Shown here: one piece after another, positions 15,646-24,760 of the stretch
Layout of the letters: each line of letters begins with the position of its first letter
Numbering within the stretch: position 1 is the first letter of the stretch
From: a virus
Taxonomy: Duplodnaviria; Caudoviricetes
Direction: 5' to 3' (one strand)
DNA: 26,081 bases
Virus record (IMG/VR): IMGVR_UViG_3300017766_000718
Span: 1 to 26,081 of that record
Notes under the pieces: generated by a model
What the model was told of the DNA's origin: nothing
The model's database searches: none
The model's input: only the letters and a program-made list of their open reading frames with translations
Made by a program: the position numbers and the translations under genes

Positions 15646-18600
15646 ATGGCCACTAACCTGCAGCAGCCCGCCCTCCCGCAGACAGCCGCTGATTGGCAGT
15701 CGCTTAGCGCCCGCGCGTACGAGTTACAGGCACAAGACCGTGCAGCAAAGGACGCTGCGGCGGCCGAGCGCATGCGTGTAGCCGCGTTGGAAGCAGAGCG
15801 TTCGCGTAGCCGTACGATGGGCGAGCACGTGCAGGACATCGGCGCAGCCTTGGTGGGTCAGGGCGTTACCGGTCTGGCGCAAGTCGGCTACGGTCTTGGC
15901 AACATGGCGACCGGCGGGTTCCTTGAGCGTGGCGTTAGCGCGCTGGCTGGGCGGGACGGTGCTGGGTCGCAGTTCTTCCAAGACGCGAACCAGTACTTCG
16001 AGGAGCTGAAGTCCACTCCCCTGCAGCTGCGCAACCAGCAGATGCGGGAGACGTTCAAGGACGAGGGAGCGTGGGCTGGACTCGGGTACGCAGTCAGTAA
16101 CCCAACCGTAATCGCAGACATGGCGTTGGCTAACCTGCCGCAGCTGGCCCCGGCCATCGGCGCAGCAGCGCGTGTCAACGCAGTATCTAAAGCGGCGCAA
16201 GCCATGCCGGCAGCTGCACGTGCAGCGCAGGTGGCAGCTGAGCGCGCTACTGCCACAGCGGCTGCTAAGCAGCTGGCAGGCAAAGAAGCCATACAAGCGG
16301 CAGAACTCAAGGCTGCGCAGGTAGCCCAGTCCGCTATCGTCGGTGGCGTGCGCAGTGAGGCGGCTGCCAAGGCGGCTACAGAAGCGTTGATGAAACGTGC
16401 CATGTACGGCGTTACTGCCGCGCAGACCGCAGGCTCTGTCAACGTGGACGCTATCAACGCAGCCACCAAAGCGGGCGCTACGCCCGAGGAAGCGCAGTTG
16501 CTCGGCCTCGCGGCTGGTCTTGGCGCGGGCGCTACCAGCACACTCATTTCTAAACTCACCGGCGCCGCAGACTTGGAAGCGAGCGCGGCCCGTGCATTCT
16601 TCGCAGGTCGCCAGCCCGGCATCGGTGGCGGCGTAGACGCAGCCCTGAACGTAGCCAAACAAGTCGGTACAGGCGCAACCCGTGAGGGCGTCGAGGAATA
16701 CGGCCAGTCGTACGGCGAGCAAGGGTTCACTAACCTCGCTGGCGCTAAGGACTTTACAGAGGGCGCTGCTGCGGCCGGTACGATGGGCGCGCTGGTCGGC
16801 GTTCCGTTGGGCGGTGGCCTCGGCGCACTCAACGCGCGCAACAGCTTCAACCCTGCCGCGCCCAAGACTGTGTTCGACGACGTGCAGGACACGTTGCTGG
16901 CGAACGGCGTCAAGGCGAAGCTCGATACGTATCAGGCGGACCTGAACAATGCCCGCGCCGATGGCTCTGGGCAGACAGTACTGCCGTTGTACGCCGGGGA
17001 AGCAGGTGCGCAGACATCGTCGTTCAAGACGCGCGGCGGTCAGGACGTGGCGTACGCGCCGGGCACCGACGTAGCGGAGCAGCAGACAGCCGAACTATCG
17101 CCAGACCAGATGGGCTTCGACCTAACCGGTGGCGGCATGAACGCACAGCGGTCGCTGTTCGACGTCCCCCTGAACCAGCTCGGCCCGAACAACTACGACC
17201 CTTTCTACGACTCCGACCCAAGCATATCCGGCACCGAAGCTCGGCAGCTGTACAGCGACTGGGCGGCAGAGCTGGCGTATGGCGACATCCAGAACGCTAC
17301 CGTACCGCAGAACCAACAGCAGCTCGGCCTCGGGTTTGAGCCCGGGCAGATGGACCTGTTCGGTGGCGGTGGCCGCGTCGATGTTCCGGCGGAGCAGCAG
17401 GTTGAGTCTCCAGCCCAGATGTTCCCGTCGCAGCGCGGCCTGTTCGACCAGCCCGGGACCGTAGAGCAGATCACTGGTCGTGAGCGTACTAACGCGCCGC
17501 GTCCAGAAGCGCGTCCAGAAGTAACCGCACCGGTTGGCTCGATCGCTCGTGCCCGTCAGGTCGTAGCACAGAACGCATACGATGCCGCACAGGCCGAGGC
17601 CGCAGCGCAGCAGACAGCACAGCTGGATGCCGTCGACGTGCGCCCGCTGAACGCCCCGGGCAAAAGCAAAGCGCCCGGCGTGCCGAAACAAGAGTTCGAG
17701 GACTCCATTCGCCAGCTGGACGTCAGCCAGCCGATTACATGGGCCGAGGCCGCTGGTAGCGCCGCGTCGCCGCAGGCACGCAAGAGCGCGTCGTGGAAGG
17801 CGTTCATCAACGCGTCGTCTGGTGTAGACCCGCGCGGCCCAGAGGGGCTGGCTGCTGCGTCCGCGTTCCTAGCTAACAACCCCAAGACTCCTGTGACTAC
17901 GCGCAACGCCATCCGCGCTGCAGCCGGCATGGAGCTGGAGCTGACCCCCGCGCAGGTGAAAGCCAAGGCGCAGGCGGATGCCAAGGCAGCGAAGGAAGCG
18001 GCTAACCAGCTCCGCCGCGAACGCGATGCTGCTAAAAGGCAGGCTAAAAAGGACGCTGCGGACGCGGCAGAGGCAGCTAGGCTGGAGGCGGAGCGCATAG
18101 ACTTGGGCGCCCGTCAGGCCGCAGCACAGGCAGAGTACGACAGGACCGAGGAAGCGGTGCGCAAATTAGGGGCGAAGAAAGCCCGCACCACTGCCAAGTC
18201 AATCCAAGCTGCGTACGACTCGGATGCACAGATGCGGACGGAAGCGGAAGCGGCGCTCGATGCGCTGATCCCCGACCGCAACGCACCGCTGGATGACGGC
18301 GAGTACATCAACAAGCGCGCCGAAGCGTTGGCCACGGCGTACGCTGGATACAAGGCGCGTGCACCGCAGCGTCTAAAACAAAGCGAGGCGCAAACCCGCG
18401 CTGGGGCTGTGCAACAGCTGCAGACCGGCACCATGACCGGCGAAGAAACCGCCGAGGCGCTGGACGTGCTCGGTACGCAGGCAGCACCGACGGGTACAGT
18501 GGCACCCTCGTTCGCAGCCAACGACCCGGGCGCCAAGCAAGCCGCGAGTAAGACTAAGCAAAAGTCCAAGGCACCCGTCGCACCAGCCCCCGCGCCCGTG

Positions 18601-21600
18601 AAAGTAACCACGAAACAGATGATGATGCTGGAAGACGCAGCGGACATCATCAGCACGAACACAGGCGAGGACATCGCGCCAGTAACTATCGCTAACGTGC
18701 TGGTACGCGACGGCGCTGACCTTAGTAAGCTGACCGCTGTCACTGCTGCCAAGCGGTACGCATCAGCTGTGTCCGTAGCTGAACAGCAGCTCGCCGCACG
18801 CTTAGAGGCACCAGCTGTAAAAGAAACAGCGCTGCCTGCGCCCGTAGCGGGAGACGAGGACGCGTTCGCGCAGGAAGACTTCGACACCGTGGTGTCCATA
18901 ACGGCTGCCATCGAGGACTCCGTCGGTAAGGGCGCATCTGCGGCCGACGTCGCAGACGCCGTGGCTGAAGCAGCAGACCAAGCTATCGCGAACAACGATC
19001 TGCAAGGGCTGCGTAACCTGCACGCCGCGTACGGCACACAGGCCGGCAAGAAAGTGTTTGCCGACCAAGGGCGCAAAGACGCTATCGAAGCGATGGTAGT
19101 GAAGGACGCGCAGGAACGCATCGGCATCGCAGACGCCGAGGGCGGCATGTCGCGTGCGAGCGCGCTCGGCGCCGCATCTCGCCAGTTTGGCGCGGACACA
19201 CTGATGTTCAACCTGCCCGGCAGCAACAAGGCTGTTCAGGCAGCGGTCCTGTTCCGCGCGGTGCAGCTGGCTAACGCGGACATCGCGGACGCGGCTGCAG
19301 CAGCGCGTGGCGTCAAGGGCACGCTGGTTAAGGGGTCGTCCCCGGCAGAGGTAGCAGCAGCGTGGACAAACAACCCGCTGCTCGGGTTCACACCAGCAGA
19401 CATAGCGACCATCAACGGGTACGTTGACGAGGCTGTAGCAGCCATCGCGAACCCGGACGTACGGTTCACCCGTACCTCGGACGAAGGCGTCGGCGCAGCC
19501 GGCACACCGATCCGGCCAGAAGTGTGGCAGCGCTCGGTGCAGAACGCATCGACCGTAGCAGCTGCACGTGGCGACACGTTGGTAGCAGTGGAAACCGTTG
19601 CCGACCTCGAAGCGCTGATCGGCCCAGTACCGTCGGACGCCAAGGGTGCGTACCTCGACAACACGATCTACTTGGTCCGCTCGAACATCACCGGCGCTGG
19701 CGACTTCGCGTCTGTGTTCGCACACGAGTCCGCTCACCACGGGCTGCGCAGCATCCTTGGCCCACGCACCGGCACCGTGGTTAGCCGCGTCATGGCTAAC
19801 CAAGCCATGCGCAAACGCGTTAGTGCACGGATGAAGCAAGACCCAACGCTGTCCCGCGCTGCGGCGGCAGAAGAAGTTCTGGTCGACATGCACGTGGCAG
19901 GCGAGCGCCTGCCGGCCGGCATCATGGCCAAACTGCGCGCAGCAGTGGCGCAGTTCTTTGACACCATCATCGGCACACGCGGTCTGGTAGTTAGCGACGC
20001 AGAAGTAAACGCATTGCTCGACGGCATCGGTCGGTACCAGAACGGCGACCACAGCGCATCGCTGGGCCGCATCGCAGCCGAAGGCCAGTTCGACCTGCTC
20101 GACAACATGATGGGTGACTCCGGGTACGTCCCGACCAACCCGATGTTCTCGCGCGCGATGGACAGCCTAGACGCTGCTACCGCCGCTGCGCTGGGGCAGG
20201 GCAAGATCAACGGGCTCGGCGACTACGTACGTGACGCGGGCAACGCAGCAAAAGACATGGTGGCTACGCAGCTGGATCGCGCACGCACTGGTGGGTACAA
20301 GTCGTTCCTGCTGGACTTCATGCCGCTCGACCAGATACGCAACCACTACGCGCACCTGTTCGGTGGGGATAGCGGCCCGCTCAATAACCTGACGCGGGAC
20401 ACGCGCGCCAAGGAAGCGCTGACCAACTCGACGCTGGTTACCAGCGCCACGGCATCATACGAGGGCGAGAGCTTCACCACCGACCCCAAAACATTGGCCG
20501 ACAAGTGGGGCAAGTTCATCCGCGATAGCGCTACTGCGCATAAGGCGCGGGCCATGAACGAGCTGCTGCAGGTATCGACGCTGTACAAAGTGTTCCCGAA
20601 CCGCGCAGGCGGGCTGGATGCACAGGAGAAAATCGACTACAAGCAGGCCGGGTTCACCGAGGCAGATCGCGCGGTGGCACTGGCAGCAGCGCAGCGCGCG
20701 TGGGCGGCGGTAGGCCCGGAGGGGCAGCAGCTGTTCAAAGAGGCACAGGTCATGTACCGCCACTTGTGGACGACCCGCTACGAAGCAGTGGCGCAGGACG
20801 TCGTACGCGTTCGCTCTGGCAGCGAGAGCCCTAACGGGTCGCCGGCGTTCCGCCGGTACGAGGTAGACGCGCAGGGTAACATCGTTACCAACCCCGCTAC
20901 TGGTAAGCCGGTGCAGACCAAAGAGTTCAGGGCGATCATCGGCGACGCCATCGAAGCACAGATGGGGCTCATGACCGCCGGCCCGTACTCCCCGCTGTCC
21001 CGCTACGGTGACTACATGCTCATCGTGCGCGACGCCGACGGCAAAGTGGTGTGGATGTCTGGCCACGATTCGACGGCGGACCGCGCCAACATGCGTGCGG
21101 ACCTGTTCCGCAGCGGCGGCGACTTCGAGAACACCGGGTACACGGCGCAAGAGACGATGGCGAAAGAGACATCGTGGGACATGGACGGCATCGACCACAC
21201 GGTAATCGAGAAGCTGAAGAACGTGGTGGACGGCGCTATCGACGCGGACGTAAACCCTAAGCTGCACGGCGACCTGATGAGCATGCTCACAGACACGTAC
21301 CTGAAGTCGTTACCGCAGGCAGCGATCATGCAGCACGCAGGAAAGCGTGGCAACATCGCCGGCGCCACGACGGATGCGTTCCGCGCGTTCAACGAATACA
21401 CGATGAGCGCGTCGCGCAACATCGCCAACGCCACGTATGCGAGCAAAATCAGCGAGGCGCTGACCGGCATACAGCAGATGGTCGACAACGCACGCGTAAG
21501 CGGCGACACGCTCGTGCACGCCAACACGGACAAGATGCAGGGCATCGTGAACTCCGTTAAGCGCCACGTGGAGTCCGCAGCTACCGCCAAGAGTTCGGAG

Positions 21601-23145
21601 CTGGTCGACCGTACGCTGCAGGCCGGCTTCCTTTCTTACATGGTGTCGCCTAGCCAGATGTTCATCAACGCCATGCAAACGGCGATGGTGGCGTTCCCGC
21701 GCCTCGCGGGTGTACACGGCGCCGTCAAGACAGGCCGCGCATTGAAAAGCGCAGTGAGCGTATTCGCTGCCAGCCGCGGCGACATGATGGGCGACAAGAG
21801 CACGCTGGACAAATCAAGCGTCGAAGGACAGGTGATGAAGAACCTGTACGAAAATGGTACGTTCGACTTCACCCGTACCAACGACATGGCGGCTACTGCT
21901 CGCGGCGCACACCACATCGCCGAATACGGCACCACTCGCGGGGCTGGTACCCGGGCGTGGAACGCAGCGGTCGAGACTGGTGCCAGCTTCATTACGGCGT
22001 CGGAGAAGTTCAACCGACAGGTAACGGGTCTGGCTGCAGCTAAGCTGGAGATAGCGGCTCGCCCGCAGACCGCGTCGGAGGATATCAAGCAGTTCATAGC
22101 GCGCGTCACCAGCGCAGCGGACCGCGCGGTGTACGACAGCCACTACGACTATAGCCAGAGCAACCGGCCGACTAACATGCAGTCGCCCCTCGGCAAGCTG
22201 GCTACCCAGTTCATGCTGTATCAGGTCAACACGCTGTCGATGATGGGTAAGGACGTGATCGACGCCGTCGGCAAAGGCGACCCCGCCAAGAAGGAGTCCG
22301 CACGCAACACGCTCGCGTGGATGCTCGGCATGCAGCTGACGTTCGCTGGTGCCGCCGGCACTGTGCTTGCCCCGCTCGCGTTCGCAGCGATGGACGCGTT
22401 CCGCGACGACGAGGACTTGGTCGACTCGCGCACCCGGTTCATGCGCCACACCAACAGCCTGATATCCAGCGGCATCCTCGCTGGGTTCGTCGACACGCAG
22501 CGTATCGGCGCGGACACGTTGATCCCGTTCCTCGGCTCCGGCAAGTACGCGCCGAACGACGCATCGGCAAAAGAGCTGGCCTTGTTCCACCTCTCGCAGA
22601 TCGTCGGGCCTTGGTTCGGCATCGTTACTGGTACAGCAACAGGTCTGGAAAAGATGGCAGGCGGCGACCTCGCTGGCGCGTTCGGCACCACTGGATTCTT
22701 GGCTACGCCAAAGGCTGTGGTCGACTTCACCAAGGCTGCAGACCAGATGGCGAACGGCATCCGCGACAACCACGGCATTACGTACTCCACGCCAACAGCG
22801 TGGGATACAACCCTCGGCATGGTCGGTTTGCGCAGTGGCGCACGTCGTGAGCAAGAGGACCGTCGCGGTGCGACATACGAGGCCACAATGCACGCGTCGG
22901 CGGTGAAGAAAGACATCGTCGATCGGCTGGCAAAAGCGCGCACTACAGGCGATACTACCGCCCAAGCAGAAGCGCAGGAGGATATGCGCCAGTGGAACGC
23001 AGCACACCCAGACCTGTCGATCAAAGGACAGGATGTGGCCAGAGCGTTCAAAGGGCGGGTACAGAGCCAGCGCAACGCTGACGCGTTTGGGGTTCCGGTA
23101 TTCAAGGCGCCGACAGCGTCGATTGCGGAGGCAGCAAAACTATGA
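15646..23145 (+). CDS. Giant internal virion / DNA-ejection polyvalent protein (metallopeptidase-like HExxH + PLxRFG-type domain)
   Basis: 2499 aa; RBS AAGGA. Gly/Ala-rich N-terminal helices, coiled coil, FAHESAHHG...AEEVL (19723-19740), YSPLSRYGDY (20986-21015), and a helical C-terminal region typical of podovirus large ejection proteins. Confidence 0.8.
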   Translation: MATNLQQPALPQTAADWQSLSARAYELQAQDRAAKDAAAAERMRVAALEAERSRSRTMGEHVQDIGAALVGQGVTGLAQVGYGLGNMATGGFLERGVSALAGRDGAGSQFFQDANQYFEELKSTPLQLRNQQMRETFKDEGAWAGLGYAVSNPTVIADMALANLPQLAPAIGAAARVNAVSKAAQAMPAAARAAQVAAERATATAAAKQLAGKEAIQAAELKAAQVAQSAIVGGVRSEAAAKAATEALMKRAMYGVTAAQTAGSVNVDAINAATKAGATPEEAQLLGLAAGLGAGATSTLISKLTGAADLEASAARAFFAGRQPGIGGGVDAALNVAKQVGTGATREGVEEYGQSYGEQGFTNLAGAKDFTEGAAAAGTMGALVGVPLGGGLGALNARNSFNPAAPKTVFDDVQDTLLANGVKAKLDTYQADLNNARADGSGQTVLPLYAGEAGAQTSSFKTRGGQDVAYAPGTDVAEQQTAELSPDQMGFDLTGGGMNAQRSLFDVPLNQLGPNNYDPFYDSDPSISGTEARQLYSDWAAELAYGDIQNATVPQNQQQLGLGFEPGQMDLFGGGGRVDVPAEQQVESPAQMFPSQRGLFDQPGTVEQITGRERTNAPRPEARPEVTAPVGSIARARQVVAQNAYDAAQAEAAAQQTAQLDAVDVRPLNAPGKSKAPGVPKQEFEDSIRQLDVSQPITWAEAAGSAASPQARKSASWKAFINASSGVDPRGPEGLAAASAFLANNPKTPVTTRNAIRAAAGMELELTPAQVKAKAQADAKAAKEAANQLRRERDAAKRQAKKDAADAAEAARLEAERIDLGARQAAAQAEYDRTEEAVRKLGAKKARTTAKSIQAAYDSDAQMRTEAEAALDALIPDRNAPLDDGEYINKRAEALATAYAGYKARAPQRLKQSEAQTRAGAVQQLQTGTMTGEETAEALDVLGTQAAPTGTVAPSFAANDPGAKQAASKTKQKSKAPVAPAPAPVKVTTKQMMMLEDAADIISTNTGEDIAPVTIANVLVRDGADLSKLTAVTAAKRYASAVSVAEQQLAARLEAPAVKETALPAPVAGDEDAFAQEDFDTVVSITAAIEDSVGKGASAADVADAVAEAADQAIANNDLQGLRNLHAAYGTQAGKKVFADQGRKDAIEAMVVKDAQERIGIADAEGGMSRASALGAASRQFGADTLMFNLPGSNKAVQAAVLFRAVQLANADIADAAAAARGVKGTLVKGSSPAEVAAAWTNNPLLGFTPADIATINGYVDEAVAAIANPDVRFTRTSDEGVGAAGTPIRPEVWQRSVQNASTVAAARGDTLVAVETVADLEALIGPVPSDAKGAYLDNTIYLVRSNITGAGDFASVFAHESAHHGLRSILGPRTGTVVSRVMANQAMRKRVSARMKQDPTLSRAAAAEEVLVDMHVAGERLPAGIMAKLRAAVAQFFDTIIGTRGLVVSDAEVNALLDGIGRYQNGDHSASLGRIAAEGQFDLLDNMMGDSGYVPTNPMFSRAMDSLDAATAAALGQGKINGLGDYVRDAGNAAKDMVATQLDRARTGGYKSFLLDFMPLDQIRNHYAHLFGGDSGPLNNLTRDTRAKEALTNSTLVTSATASYEGESFTTDPKTLADKWGKFIRDSATAHKARAMNELLQVSTLYKVFPNRAGGLDAQEKIDYKQAGFTEADRAVALAAAQRAWAAVGPEGQQLFKEAQVMYRHLWTTRYEAVAQDVVRVRSGSESPNGSPAFRRYEVDAQGNIVTNPATGKPVQTKEFRAIIGDAIEAQMGLMTAGPYSPLSRYGDYMLIVRDADGKVVWMSGHDSTADRANMRADLFRSGGDFENTGYTAQETMAKETSWDMDGIDHTVIEKLKNVVDGAIDADVNPKLHGDLMSMLTDTYLKSLPQAAIMQHAGKRGNIAGATTDAFRAFNEYTMSASRNIANATYASKISEALTGIQQMVDNARVSGDTLVHANTDKMQGIVNSVKRHVESAATAKSSELVDRTLQAGFLSYMVSPSQMFINAMQTAMVAFPRLAGVHGAVKTGRALKSAVSVFAASRGDMMGDKSTLDKSSVEGQVMKNLYENGTFDFTRTNDMAATARGAHHIAEYGTTRGAGTRAWNAAVETGASFITASEKFNRQVTGLAAAKLEIAARPQTASEDIKQFIARVTSAADRAVYDSHYDYSQSNRPTNMQSPLGKLATQFMLYQVNTLSMMGKDVIDAVGKGDPAKKESARNTLAWMLGMQLTFAGAAGTVLAPLAFAAMDAFRDDEDLVDSRTRFMRHTNSLISSGILAGFVDTQRIGADTLIPFLGSGKYAPNDASAKELALFHLSQIVGPWFGIVTGTATGLEKMAGGDLAGAFGTTGFLATPKAVVDFTKAADQMANGIRDNHGITYSTPTAWDTTLGMVGLRSGARREQEDRRGATYEATMHASAVKKDIVDRLAKARTTGDTTAQAEAQEDMRQWNAAHPDLSIKGQDVARAFKGRVQSQRNADAFGVPVFKAPTASIAEAAKL

Positions 23146-23207
23146 ATCGCAGAGACAAGGGATGGCGCCTATGCGACCACTGGACATGCAAGAAGGTATA
23201 TCCATGA
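23142..23207 (+). CDS. Putative 21-aa micro-protein MNRRDKGWRLCDHWTCKKVYP
   Basis: ATG overlaps the upstream stop (ATGA 23142-23145), GGAGG lies at 23127-23131, and its TGA overlaps the next ATG (ATGA 23204-23207). It is below the ORF-track cut-off. Confidence 0.4.
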   Translation: MNRRDKGWRLCDHWTCKKVYP

Positions 23208-23692
23208 ACGACGCCATAAGCCTTGCGGACATCGCGGTGCTGAAGTCGGAGGTATCCGGTTTGCACGAAGCCATAAACGAGGTGAGCACCAAGATGGATT
23301 TGGTGCTCAGCATGCGCGTCGAGTTGTCGGTGCAGGGCGAACGCCTAGAACACGCAGTCGACGACCTCAACCGCACACGCGACGCAGTAAACAAGGAAGT
23401 CGGAATCTTGGAGCAGCGGGTGGACAACTTGCAGACGCACAGCCTGAACACGCGGAAGAAGCTCGACGCGTGGCTGAACCGTGGGTTCGGCGCTGCCGCA
23501 GTAATGACCCTCGTGTTCGGCCTAGTGCAGTTCATGGTGCTGGAGAAGATCGCAGACCTGAACGCCATGTCCTCGCTGGTCACGCACAACGCGGCGCAGG
23601 TGGAAGTGATCCTGCGGGCCGTGAAGCACAGCAAGCTGGAGTTCCACTACCCGCCTGACGAGCCGACAGATCAGGAGCAGCCCCATGACTGA
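23204..23692 (+). CDS. Coiled-coil membrane protein of the lysis cassette
   Basis: Likely start ATG 23204 (AGAAGG upstream); in-frame ATGs at 23162, 23171 and 23186 are alternatives. Heptad coiled coil followed by one TM helix (GFGAAAVMTLVFGLVQFMVL). Confidence 0.65.
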   Translation: MNDAISLADIAVLKSEVSGLHEAINEVSTKMDLVLSMRVELSVQGERLEHAVDDLNRTRDAVNKEVGILEQRVDNLQTHSLNTRKKLDAWLNRGFGAAAVMTLVFGLVQFMVLEKIADLNAMSSLVTHNAAQVEVILRAVKHSKLEFHYPPDEPTDQEQPHD

Positions 23693-24212
23693 CTGGACTA
23701 AAGTAGGTCAACGCCTAGCCGACATTGCCCCGATGCTCGGCACCGTGATCGGTGGTCCAGCTGGAACTGCCGTAGGCTCCATCATAGCCGCCACGCTCGG
23801 AACGGCTAACAACCCCGAGGCGGTACTGGCTAGTATCAAGAACAACCCCGACGCAGCGCTCAAGCTCAAAGAGCTGGAGAACGCCGAGCACGCCTCGCTC
23901 CGTGCGCAGGCGCTGGCTATGGCGCAGAACGAGGTTCATCTGGCCGGTCTGGAGATGGCTGACCAGCAGCAGGCCCGGTCTACGCACAAAGACCACTGGA
24001 TGCCGTCGTTGCTCACCGTCACGCTGGCTATCATGGTGTCTGCCATGTCCTACGGCGTTATAACCACGGAAGTGCCTAAAGGCTCAACGGAAGTCGCCTT
24101 CCTTATAGTCGGCCAGATACTGACAGCGTTCCTAACTGCCGTAGCGTTCTGGCTGGGCTCCAGCCGGTCGAGTCAGGTAGCCAATAAAGTCATCAGGGAG
24201 AAGATGCTTTGA
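23685..24212 (+). CDS. Holin (3TM, gene-transfer-agent-holin-like)
   Basis: RBS AGGAG. IAPMLGTVIGGPAG N-terminus, two C-terminal TM helices, FWLGSSRSS tail. Directly upstream of the endolysin. Confidence 0.7.
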   Translation: MTDWTKVGQRLADIAPMLGTVIGGPAGTAVGSIIAATLGTANNPEAVLASIKNNPDAALKLKELENAEHASLRAQALAMAQNEVHLAGLEMADQQQARSTHKDHWMPSLLTVTLAIMVSAMSYGVITTEVPKGSTEVAFLIVGQILTAFLTAVAFWLGSSRSSQVANKVIREKML

Positions 24213-24760
24213 ATAAAATCCAGAGCATGATTGACCACCTCATCGGCGTCGAAGGCCGGTACTCGTTCAACGTCAATGACGCGGGTGGCGAGACGATGTG
24301 GGGCATCACCGCCCGTGTGGCCCGTGCCAACGGGTATACGAACGCCATGATCTCCATGACGAAGGAAACCGCTGCCGAGATTTACATGCGCGAGTACTTC
24401 ATCGCTCCGGGGTTCGACAAGGTGTTCCTGATATCCCCGAGCATCGCCGAGGAACTGTTCGACACTGGCGTGAACATGGGCGTCGGCGTATCCAGCAAAT
24501 TCCTGCAGCGCTGCCTGAACGTACTGAACAAGTCGCACGGCACAGCGCTGTACCCAGAGCTAGTCCCAGACGGCGGGCTTGGCGACAAGTCGATCAGCGC
24601 GCTGAACACGTTCCTTCGGGCGCGCGGTTCTCAGGGCGAGGTGGTACTGCTGCGCATGCTCAACGCGTTGCAGGGCAACCGGTACATAGAAATCACGGAG
24701 AGCCGCGTACAGAACGAGGAGTTCATTTACGGTTGGTTCCTTAACCGAGTGGTGATCTAA
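24209..24760 (+). CDS. Endolysin, glycoside hydrolase family 108 with C-terminal peptidoglycan-binding domain
   Basis: EGRY...DAGGETMWGIT catalytic motif, LFDTGVNMG, LQRCLN, DGGLG..S..AL, QNEEFIYGWFLNRV. TTG start overlaps the holin stop; RBS GGGAG. Confidence 0.92.
   Translation: MNKIQSMIDHLIGVEGRYSFNVNDAGGETMWGITARVARANGYTNAMISMTKETAAEIYMREYFIAPGFDKVFLISPSIAEELFDTGVNMGVGVSSKFLQRCLNVLNKSHGTALYPELVPDGGLGDKSISALNTFLRARGSQGEVVLLRMLNALQGNRYIEITESRVQNEEFIYGWFLNRVVI

Noticed and set aside
23033-23141. Track's 219-aa ORF start at GTG 23033
   Set aside because: It overlaps the giant gene by more than 110 bp and gives an Arg-rich, non-protein-like N-terminus. Downstream ATGs have better RBS context.
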